In this document: positions 1 to 6,627 of the stretch, in pieces
Layout of the letters: every line of letters begins with the position of its first letter
Position numbering within the stretch: the first letter of the stretch is position 1
Virus record (IMG/VR): IMGVR_UViG_3300012680_000001
Location: 1-63,427 of that record
DNA: 63,427 nt
DNA from: a virus
Lineage: Duplodnaviria > Caudoviricetes
Direction: 5' to 3' (one strand)
Notes under the pieces: model-generated
Told to the model about the DNA's origin: nothing
Database searches by the model: none
The model's input: the letters and a program-made list of their open reading frames with translations, nothing else
Translations under genes and position numbers: made by a program

Positions 1-66
1 CTCCCGAGTCCTGCGGTTTCAGCGGCCTGGTCATCGGATCGCCCCGCGCTGCTACCAAGCGCCGCA
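1..66. repeat. Terminal direct repeat, left copy (circular assembly overlap)
   Basis: Bases 1-66 are identical to 63362-63427, and a minus-strand ORF reads through the junction in frame. Confidence 0.95.
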
Positions 67-422
67 ACTGCGGCGCTTGGTAGATTCGCCGCTTTTCGCG
101 TCTTCGCCCGCGCTTGGTACATCGGCAGGAGCGTCTCGGCAAACTTCACGCGCTGATACTCGGTGAGTTCTCGCCCGGTGATGTTCAGCTCAATAGCAAG
201 GATGTCCTCTTCAAGGGGCGTAAGGCCACGGTGGGCGACCGTGGGGTAGGGGATGCCCAGTTCGTCGGCGATGGCTTTGCGATGATGGCCGTCAATGATC
301 GGGCGATACTCACCGACATGGACTGGCGACAGAACGCCGTGCGTCGCGATGCTCTCCCGGAGGCGCACGTATTCCGCGTCAGTCAGTGGCGGCATAGGAT
401 TCGTGACATCAAGTTGTGTCAT
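1..422 (-). CDS. ParB/Spo0J-like N-terminal domain protein, 5' part (continues across the junction to 62596; about 395 aa total)
   Basis: Manual translation from ATG at 422 gives MTQLDVTNPMPPLTDAEYVRLRESIATHGVLSPVHV...IIDGHHRKAIADELG, a ParB-N-like motif. It joins the 62596..63249 ORF in frame. Confidence 0.8.
   Translation of the reverse strand, partial: MTQLDVTNPMPPLTDAEYVRLRESIATHGVLSPVHVGEYRPIIDGHHRKAIADELGIPYPTVAHRGLTPLEEDILAIELNITGRELTEYQRVKFAETLLPMYQARAKTRKAANLPSAAVAALGSSAGRSDDQAAETAGLG
52..83. repeat. Perfect 15-bp inverted repeat inside the ParB-like gene
   Basis: ctaccaagcgccgca-ac-tgcggcgcttggtag. Confidence 0.9.
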
Positions 423-424
423 GT

Positions 425-1078
425 CTACCCTTTCTCGAATGCCGTGAGATACTCGCGGCGCGGTGCATTTTCTAACACCGCCTTGACCGTAGATACTGCC
501 ATCTCCAGCGCGTGCGGTAGGGAGTGCCCAACGATAACAATATCCGGGTGCTCTAGGATGGTCACCTCGACGAGTTCTGGCCCGGCATAGTGGAAGCGCA
601 GCGTGATGTGCACATCCTCCGGAAGTCCCGGCACCTGGGTCGGGCGCTGTGCTTCTTGAATAGCCTCACGCAATGCGTTCCGTGATAACTGCTGTTCTTC
701 GGCGCGTTCGAGCCAAGATTCCTGCTCATCGGGCGGGAGGGCAGCGACGGTGGCATGGTGGTCGAAGCTCAGACGATCACGCCGCGCATGAACATCAATA
801 GCGCCCGCAACCCACTTCATATTGGCTAGCGCGCCGTAGGAGTAGGTCGTCTCGTTGAGCATCTGCGCGTACGTCTCTCCGTAGCGCCGCTCGGCAAAGC
901 GCAGCGTGTCGCCAATCCACCACTGCACACGATTCCCGAGTGTTACGAGACGGCGGTAGGTGTCCTGCACGACCTCATACGGCGCGTCCTCGCGCCAGGT
1001 GGCTCCGGTCGCGGTGAACTGCACGTAGTCATCTCTGGCGACGAGTTCGCCGGTTTCGAGGATGGAGACGTCGATCAT
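425..1078 (-). CDS. LmbU-like DNA-binding protein
   Basis: WWIGD...ERRYGETY...RRDRLSFDHHATVAAL...WLERAEE...SRNALR resembles the LmbU family seen in phages. Confidence 0.65.
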   Translation of the reverse strand: MIDVSILETGELVARDDYVQFTATGATWREDAPYEVVQDTYRRLVTLGNRVQWWIGDTLRFAERRYGETYAQMLNETTYSYGALANMKWVAGAIDVHARRDRLSFDHHATVAALPPDEQESWLERAEEQQLSRNALREAIQEAQRPTQVPGLPEDVHITLRFHYAGPELVEVTILEHPDIVIVGHSLPHALEMAVSTVKAVLENAPRREYLTAFEKG

Positions 1079-1692
1079 GGAGCCACCGCCGGCTGCGCGT
1101 TCTGTAGTCTGGCAATGAGGTTGGACGCATCACTCTTCGTGAGCGCCGAAGGATTCATCCCCGGCTGTTTCGTGATGTAGTCGTCGAGTTGTGATGGACT
1201 CATGCCGGCATCCCGGGCGACGACGTGCAAGTATTTGATCTGGCGTTCCGTGGCGGCCTGGGGATCACTCTCCGGCGATTGCGATTGATTCCTGGGAATC
1301 GGTAGCCGCGTTGGTTCTTGTGAGCGCCCCACCGGCGCATCGACAACGCGTCCAGTCGCAGCTCCGAATTCATGGTCCGGACAGAACTGCGTTCCGAACC
1401 CCAGCGCCGCCAGTGCCCGGCCAATGGCCTTCGTCTCGCTTTTCTCGTAGTGGTCTTTGAAGTCACGGGGCGTTTCGCTGCCGTGCCCCGTCGCGCTCCC
1501 ACCATCGTTGGGAACCCAGACCGTCGCCTTAAACAAGGCGAACGTTTCATCTCCTGCCAGCATTTCGGTTTCAATGCGACCATCAGGATGCTTATCGCGA
1601 AACCAGGCGATTCTCCATTTCACCTCAAGATAGTCGTTGCCACTGACCTTCATCAGGTGAGCACTCGGGTCGAATGGTGTTGTGTCGCTCAT
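1075..1692 (-). CDS. Single-strand annealing recombinase (Rad52/Sak-like)
   Basis: YLEVKWRIAWFR...GRIETE...ATGHGSE...EKSETKAIGRALAALGFG plus a C-terminal ATERQIKYL motif. Confidence 0.7.
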   Translation of the reverse strand: MSDTTPFDPSAHLMKVSGNDYLEVKWRIAWFRDKHPDGRIETEMLAGDETFALFKATVWVPNDGGSATGHGSETPRDFKDHYEKSETKAIGRALAALGFGTQFCPDHEFGAATGRVVDAPVGRSQEPTRLPIPRNQSQSPESDPQAATERQIKYLHVVARDAGMSPSQLDDYITKQPGMNPSALTKSDASNLIARLQNAQPAVAP

Positions 1693-1710
1693 GCCGTTTC
1701 CTTTCTTCTC

Positions 1711-2095
1711 TTGCCCGCCCTGCCGCGCCCAACCCTGCCGGGCCTATCCGGTCCACACCCAGCCAAGCCATGCCCGTCATACCTCGCCACGCCCTACCCT
1801 TCCTGGCCATGCCTTACCCGCCTTACTAGGACTTGCCTTGCCGGACCTTGCCTGGCCTAACCTCTCTGTGCCCGCCTCACCCAGCCAGGCCCCATCGCGC
1901 CTTGCCTCACGACCCAATCCAGTCCATGCCTTACCCGCCCCGCCAGTCCGCGCCATGCCCGCCTTACTGTGCCGTGCCATGCCTAACTCCACCCCACCTG
2001 ACCATGCCATGCCCGCCTCGCCAGTCCGCGCCTCGCCTCGCCAGTCCGCGCCCGCCGAGCCTCACCTTGCCCAGTCTTGTCTTGCCGCGCCCCTG
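1711..2095 (-). ncRNA. Pentamer (GGY-NN) array A, putative guide-RNA array, about 8-9 units
   Basis: The plus strand parses as NN-RCC pentamers with CGCC punctuation (central g at 1717, 1776 variant, 1820, 1874, 1937, 1961, 2015, 2054). It is intergenic. The ncRNA role is inferred. Confidence 0.75.
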
Positions 2096-2099
2096 CATA

Positions 2100-2609
2100 C
2101 TAATCGGCCGCCGTGGTTGTCATCGGCCCATTCCCTTCTGCCTCGGCGATACCGTCTTCAAGGTCGTTGCGCCAGAGCATAATCTCGCTAATGTACTTCT
2201 CCACCGGACTGTCCCATCCCAGCGCCCGTGTAATGTCCGACGCCCGCCGTAGGTTGCCGAGCGCCCGATTGATCTCCTGGATAATGACGCGCCGTTGCCG
2301 TGTCTCGTTCGTCACGCTCTCCAGCGTCACGTACCCCTGCTCCCGGCCAGCATCAGGATCGCGCACGTAGCGCACCACACGGATGATGTCGGTTTTGCTC
2401 CGCACCACCACATGAACTGAGCGGATAACAGTCCGCGCTTGATCGAGTCGGTACGCCTCCGCCGCGCTCGCGTCGTCCCAGTCAAAGAGCGGATGTAGGA
2501 GACTTTCGGGCTTCCGCGCCTCGCCGATGACCGCGCTGGGCGTTAACTGCCCGGCGTCGTGGAGGGCCTGTAACACATTCCGCTGTTCGGGATTGAGCAT
2601 GGTAAGCAT
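2100..2609 (-). CDS. Phage protein adjacent to the Cas7-like gene (accessory)
   Basis: LTPSAVIGEARKPESLLHPLFDWDDASAAEAYRLDQARTVIRSV motif. ATG at 2609 follows an AAGGGG RBS; the longer ORF start lies inside a palindrome. Confidence 0.75.
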   Translation of the reverse strand: MLTMLNPEQRNVLQALHDAGQLTPSAVIGEARKPESLLHPLFDWDDASAAEAYRLDQARTVIRSVHVVVRSKTDIIRVVRYVRDPDAGREQGYVTLESVTNETRQRRVIIQEINRALGNLRRASDITRALGWDSPVEKYISEIMLWRNDLEDGIAEAEGNGPMTTTAAD

Positions 2610-2629
2610 TCGTTGCCCCTTTTGTTGCG

Positions 2630-2663
2630 GCATAGGGGGTGGCGGTACCGCCACCCCCTATGC
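2630..2663. repeat. Perfect 34-bp palindrome between the Cas7-like and accessory genes
   Basis: gcatagggggtggcggt|accgccaccccctatgc. Confidence 0.95.
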
Positions 2664-2666
2664 GCT

Positions 2667-3482
2667 TTAGTCCGCCGCCAACGCCGCGATCTTCTTCACC
2701 GAAGACGGCGATCCTCTCAAGCGCCGTCGTTCCATCTCTTCATCGTGCCAGGCCAAGAGGTCCGCAGTTTCCTCGTCGTAGGCCACGGGCACGCGTAGCG
2801 CTTCGAGTTGCACCTCTCGCCCGCCACTCGCCACGATGGCGCCGAACTCCGCATCATCCTCCTCTTGGATAGGATGGAATAACCCGTAGTTTCCCGAACC
2901 CTTGCCCTGCCTCCACCCGCCCACGCCACAGAGGATGCCCGCACCCGCCAAGAGGTTTGAAATCGTGTTCGGGGTGAGATTCGGCACGACGTATTTGATC
3001 GTGAGTTTCGTCGCCCACGGGGTGATGATGGGACGCGTTCGGATGTCCGGAGTCTTACCGATGTCCGCCGAGCGTACGCCCGACATGAGGAGTCGCGGGA
3101 TACCCCATATCGGAGCCCACTCTCCAACGATATAGGTCATCGCACCGATCTCGGTCTTTTTCGCTCCCGGCGTACGGAGCGCTGCGGCGAGGAGCGCCGC
3201 CTTAAATGATGTGGACGGCATCGCCAGGCGCGTCGGGCCATCAGGTACGACATACGCGGCTTCGGTGTACTCCTCGCGCGGATTATGCTTCTCGTTTTGC
3301 TCCTTCTCTACAGTCGTCATCCGGCCCTTGGGCGCGAGGAGCGCACGCTGCGCTTTGGTTGAAAATCGTTCCATAATGAGCGGCGTGTCGCCGATGATGC
3401 GATACGAAATCTCATTCTGATCAACCCGGATAACGTCAATGGAATATCCGTCCAATGCTGTAGACTTTCTAATCGGTGCCAT
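2667..3482 (-). CDS. Stand-alone RAMP/Cas7-like RNA-binding protein (Vipr-like)
   Basis: N-terminal strand ISYRIIGDTPLIM, LAMPSTSFKAALLAAA (compare RAMP IPGSSLKGALR), and a C-terminal Gly-rich loop GILCGVGGWRQGKGSGNYGLF. Good RBS (AAGGAG). Confidence 0.75.
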   Translation of the reverse strand: MAPIRKSTALDGYSIDVIRVDQNEISYRIIGDTPLIMERFSTKAQRALLAPKGRMTTVEKEQNEKHNPREEYTEAAYVVPDGPTRLAMPSTSFKAALLAAALRTPGAKKTEIGAMTYIVGEWAPIWGIPRLLMSGVRSADIGKTPDIRTRPIITPWATKLTIKYVVPNLTPNTISNLLAGAGILCGVGGWRQGKGSGNYGLFHPIQEEDDAEFGAIVASGGREVQLEALRVPVAYDEETADLLAWHDEEMERRRLRGSPSSVKKIAALAAD

Positions 3483-3574
3483 GTCCTGTCTCTCCTTGTG
3501 TAGATGCCTGAGAGCCGTTTACCTTGCGACGATTCCGGATATGGCACCACCCCCCTTCATTGTGTTCCTACGAT

Positions 3575-4215
3575 GGCCTTACCCGCCATGCCCGGCCTAA
3601 CTACGCCTTGCCTCTCCCTGCCGTGCCCGCCCGTCCGTGCCTCGCCGTGCCAACCCCGGCCGCGCCAGGCCTCGCCCGCCTCTCCATACCGTGCCCGAAC
3701 TCTCCCGCCTATCCTCTCCCGCCTAACCGATCCATGCCTGACCCGACCACGCCCTGCCCGCCTGGCTATGCCATATCATGCCGGTCCTGGCCTCGCCAAA
3801 CCCTGCCCGCCTAACCGAGCCAAGCCCTGCCTCACCAATCCCTGCCCGCCTTGCCAGGACGCACCATTCCGCACCTCGCCCAGACTCGCCCGCCCGGCCA
3901 CGCCATACCCAGTCGCGACTGACCGCGCCATACCCGCCTCACCCAACCTCGCCCAATCCTACCAATCCCCGCCCGCCGCACCAGACCTAGCCCATCCGCG
4001 CCCGTCCTGTCCATGCCCGCCATACCTCTCCATGACTCGCTGCGCCATGCCCTGCCCATCCACGCCCGTCCTATCCGCGCGCCGCCTCACCCGCCGTACC
4101 TTGCCCAGCCGTGCCCAACTAGGCCTCGCCGTGCCCGCCGTACCTTGCCGCGCCGTACCTTGCCGCGCCATGCCACGCCGCGCCATGCCATGCCCGCCGT
4201 ACCGTGCCCAAACCC
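3575..4215 (-). ncRNA. Pentamer (GGY-NN) array B, putative guide-RNA array, about 14-15 units
   Basis: 15 CCCGCC separators with spacings 44,49,29,14,39,49,39,44,44,39,44,74,44,59, all 5n+4. It lies directly upstream of the Cas7-like gene. Confidence 0.8.
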
Positions 4216-4216
4216 T

Positions 4217-4375
4217 CTACCTCTGCCAGTCCCATCGCGGCAGGTGCGCGACGATCAACGCGTGAAGACTCGGATAGTGCTCAACGAAGCGTGCCGCCTT
4301 CTGTCGCCAGCGTTGCCACAACGGCGCGAACCTATGTCGATCATTCGCCACCCGGATATCCCACCGCTCATGCAT
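4217..4375 (-). CDS. Small hypothetical protein (52 aa)
   Basis: ATG overlaps the end of the upstream ORF and follows a purine-rich RBS. Its stop codon abuts array B. Confidence 0.45.
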   Translation of the reverse strand: MHERWDIRVANDRHRFAPLWQRWRQKAARFVEHYPSLHALIVAHLPRWDWQR

Positions 4376-4655
4376 CAGTTCCCCCTTCCTCTTCGTACGC
4401 GTTCCGTTCGAACGCTTGGAGCGCCATCGCCAGGCTGCTCGGGGTGTACGCATGACGATCCAGGAGCAGCGCCAGCATCGTGGACGCGACACGGCCTCGC
4501 GCCCAATTGAGACGGTGGGCGATGTCATCAACGACGGCATACGCCACGGGGCCAATGTCCAAGCGCCGCTCATTGCCGAGCAGGTGATGACGTTGATCGC
4601 GACGGAGCGAACCCTTCCGTGGTCGCTTCGGCGAGAGCGTGAGTCGATTCTCCAT
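4368..4655 (-). CDS. Hypothetical protein, first gene of the leftward operon
   Basis: 95-aa ORF with a GGAGGGG RBS, downstream of a consensus promoter. Confidence 0.65.
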   Translation of the reverse strand: MENRLTLSPKRPRKGSLRRDQRHHLLGNERRLDIGPVAYAVVDDIAHRLNWARGRVASTMLALLLDRHAYTPSSLAMALQAFERNAYEEEGGTDA

Positions 4656-4702
4656 ACCCCTCCCTATCTATCTAATTGATCCTATGAAACGTTGACTCGT
4701 AC

Positions 4703-4731
4703 ACTTTAGCGTCTAGACATCCGCGTGTCAA
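4703..4731 (-). promoter_or_regulatory. Sigma70-like promoter for the array/Cas7-like/Sak operon
   Basis: TTGACA (4726-4731), 17 bp, TAAAGT (4703-4708) on the minus strand. Confidence 0.7.
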
Positions 4732-4784
4732 GGGGATATGATGGCAGTGCGTTACACCAGTTCTCACACGTTTGGAGGTGTTCC

Positions 4785-5414
4785 ATGTCGGACTATGATT
4801 TCGTTCGTCGGTTCCTGAGTGACCGACCTATCGCGTTCCATCCTGAGATGGCGCGCAAACTCGGCGGCATCAACGAGGCGTTGTTCTTCCAGCAGATCGC
4901 CTACTGGTCTGACAAGGGCGCCGATCCCGAATGGATTTACAAAACACGCAGTCAGATCGAGGACGAGACGGCGCTTACACGTGGACAACAGGAGCGAGCG
5001 CGAAAAACTCTACGATCACTTGGCGTGATTTCGGAGGTTAAACGAGGGGTTCCTGCGAAGTTGTATTACCGTATTAATTGGCCGGCTGTGCATACCCATC
5101 TAGAGATTCCCCAGGATGCTCACAATGCGCACCCTAGGGTGCGCGAGGTAGGCAAGGTGAAGGGCGCAAAACGCGCACGCCAGGATGCGCGGAATGCGCA
5201 ATCTATTACAGAGAGTACGTCAGAGAGTACACCAAAGAAGATACGGGAAAAACCATTTTCTGATGTTCAGAATCTAGAATATGACGCCGAATTGTTGACA
5301 CGTATCCAGACGATGACGCCAGAGGAACGGCTCAATGCCTACGAGCAATCGCTCAAACTCGGGCAACTCGCTCGTAACCTAGGCTGTTGCGTGGCGAGTG
5401 ATAGGCGCTCTTGA
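4785..5414 (+). CDS. Phage replication initiator-like winged-helix protein
   Basis: RPIAFHPEMARKLGGINEALFFQQIAYW...WIYKT...EDETALT...RGVPAKLYYRIN. GGAGG RBS before ATG 4785. Internal palindrome at 5127-5144. Confidence 0.7.
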   Translation: MSDYDFVRRFLSDRPIAFHPEMARKLGGINEALFFQQIAYWSDKGADPEWIYKTRSQIEDETALTRGQQERARKTLRSLGVISEVKRGVPAKLYYRINWPAVHTHLEIPQDAHNAHPRVREVGKVKGAKRARQDARNAQSITESTSESTPKKIREKPFSDVQNLEYDAELLTRIQTMTPEERLNAYEQSLKLGQLARNLGCCVASDRRS

Positions 5415-5438
5415 CGGGAACACTGTCGGTGCTAGAAT
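5411..5438 (+). promoter_or_regulatory. Putative promoter of the Cro-like gene
   Basis: TTGACG, 16 bp, TAGAAT with an extended TG. Confidence 0.5.
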
Positions 5439-5478
5439 CTCCAACATGTAACAATGTTTATCACGATTGGAGGAGCAC

Positions 5479-5700
5479 ATGACGGACAGAGTGATTACCC
5501 CCCGGCCACGAAAACCAGCAATGAGCCCGGAAGAGTTGCGGGAGTTTCGTTTGGCGCGCGGATGGAATCAGACGGAACTCGCGAGGCGTATCGGGGTAAG
5601 TAGCGCGGCGGTGTCGCTCTGGGAAGCTGGGCGGCGCGCGATTCCGCAACCGGTGGCACTTGCATTGAAGGGTATTGACAATGTTGAAATGTCATGCTAG
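5479..5700 (+). CDS. XRE/Cro-like HTH regulator
   Basis: LREFRLARGWNQTELARRIGVSSAAVSLWEAGRR; GGAGGAG RBS. Confidence 0.9.
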   Translation: MTDRVITPRPRKPAMSPEELREFRLARGWNQTELARRIGVSSAAVSLWEAGRRAIPQPVALALKGIDNVEMSC

Positions 5701-5707
5701 GATACAT
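5675..5707 (+). promoter_or_regulatory. Promoter overlapped by the CTAGGATACAT motif
   Basis: TTGACA (5675-5680), 17 bp, TAGGAT (5698-5703). The 11-mer recurs at 54567 and 54624. Confidence 0.65.
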
Positions 5708-5751
5708 CCATAGAGCAGTTGGGCTCTACGGACATCGAAAGGGAAACGGCA

Positions 5752-6144
5752 ATGAACACGATCCCCAATGTCGTCAACACACTCTCCCGAGAAACACGGA
5801 ACCGCCTCCTCCACGATTCCATCGCTAAGGGTGATGAGATTCGTCAGGATCGGCGCAACCCGGACGTTTGGCTCGTGAGCTCAGCCACCCACCCCAACGT
5901 TTGGTATCGCGTTCGCAACGGTCGGCATTGTGGATGCCAAGCGTTCGCTCATCGCGGCTATTGCCGGCACCTCGTGCGCCTCAGCTTCGAACTCCACCAG
6001 ATGAAGAACGCCACAGAGACCAATACGCCCGAGTCCATCGCGGACTGCACAGAGTGCTGCGGATGTGGAACCGTCTACTCGCCATCCGGCGGCTGGAAAT
6101 GCGACGCCTGTAGCGGCTCCGGTCGCGTCCTCGCCGCCGTCTAA
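5752..6144 (+). CDS. SWIM zinc-finger protein with C-terminal CxxC pairs
   Basis: HCGCQAF...YCRHL (SWIM), then CTECCGCG...CDACSGSG. Confidence 0.7.
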   Translation: MNTIPNVVNTLSRETRNRLLHDSIAKGDEIRQDRRNPDVWLVSSATHPNVWYRVRNGRHCGCQAFAHRGYCRHLVRLSFELHQMKNATETNTPESIADCTECCGCGTVYSPSGGWKCDACSGSGRVLAAV

Positions 6145-6156
6145 AGAAGGGACAGA

Positions 6157-6393
6157 ATGATGAGCCAGGAAATCACTACCTTCAACGGCGCGCAACTCCG
6201 TACACGTCTCGCGCTTTCCACAACGGCGCGCGGCTGGGACTTCGAATCGAGCGCCGAATACACCGGGCCAATGCCGGACACCGAAGGAGGCACGAGGCAA
6301 ATCGTCAACCAGCTTGACTTCGTGCAGTTGCTCTTGCGAGAGAAAGGAGAGGCTGAGCGTAATCTAAGAAACCAGCGAGACGGCAAGGGATAG
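6157..6393 (+). CDS. Hypothetical protein
   Basis: ORF with an RBS in the rightward operon. Confidence 0.55.
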   Translation: MMSQEITTFNGAQLRTRLALSTTARGWDFESSAEYTGPMPDTEGGTRQIVNQLDFVQLLLREKGEAERNLRNQRDGKG

Positions 6394-6417
6394 TATCGCG
6401 AGAATAGAGGCTCCCAA

Positions 6418-6627
6418 ATGAAGACCATGACCGTTACAGCTCTTTCCCCATCACCGCACGCCACGACGCAGGACGAGCCCTATATGGCCGCCACACGCAA
6501 TGTCCGTGGCACCGAGCACCCAGTCGTCGTTGATCAACGGACAGACCGCGCGGAAATCATTTGTGAAACGCTCAAGTCCGCCGAATCGCTCGCCAGGCGA
6601 CTCAACCGGGATAGGAAGCTACGATGA
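6418..6627 (+). CDS. Hypothetical protein
   Basis: ORF with a GAGG RBS in the rightward operon. Confidence 0.55.
   Translation: MKTMTVTALSPSPHATTQDEPYMAATRNVRGTEHPVVVDQRTDRAEIICETLKSAESLARRLNRDRKLR

Noticed and set aside
1-66. Biological direct terminal repeat
   Set aside because: It falls in the middle of a gene and looks like an assembler overlap; true termini cannot be inferred from it.
114-590. Plus-strand 158-aa ORF
   Set aside because: Antisense to the ParB-like and LmbU-like genes.
1372-2252. Pro/Arg/Cys- or Gly/Arg-rich ORFs overlapping array A (1372..1860, 1682..2182, 1777..2010, 1833..2252)
   Set aside because: They are by-products of a stop-poor 5-nt periodic sequence. The 5n+4 spacing ignores codon phase and there are no convincing RBSs.
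1711-4215. Canonical CRISPR array or simple microsatellite
   Set aside because: There are no 23-47-bp identical repeats with unique spacers. It is also not a homogeneous satellite, because the dinucleotides vary freely while scaffold and punctuation are conserved.
3504-4510. ORFs overlapping array B (3504..4265, 3832..4059, 3959..4186, 4013..4510)
   Set aside because: Same artefact: low-complexity translations in several frames on both strands.
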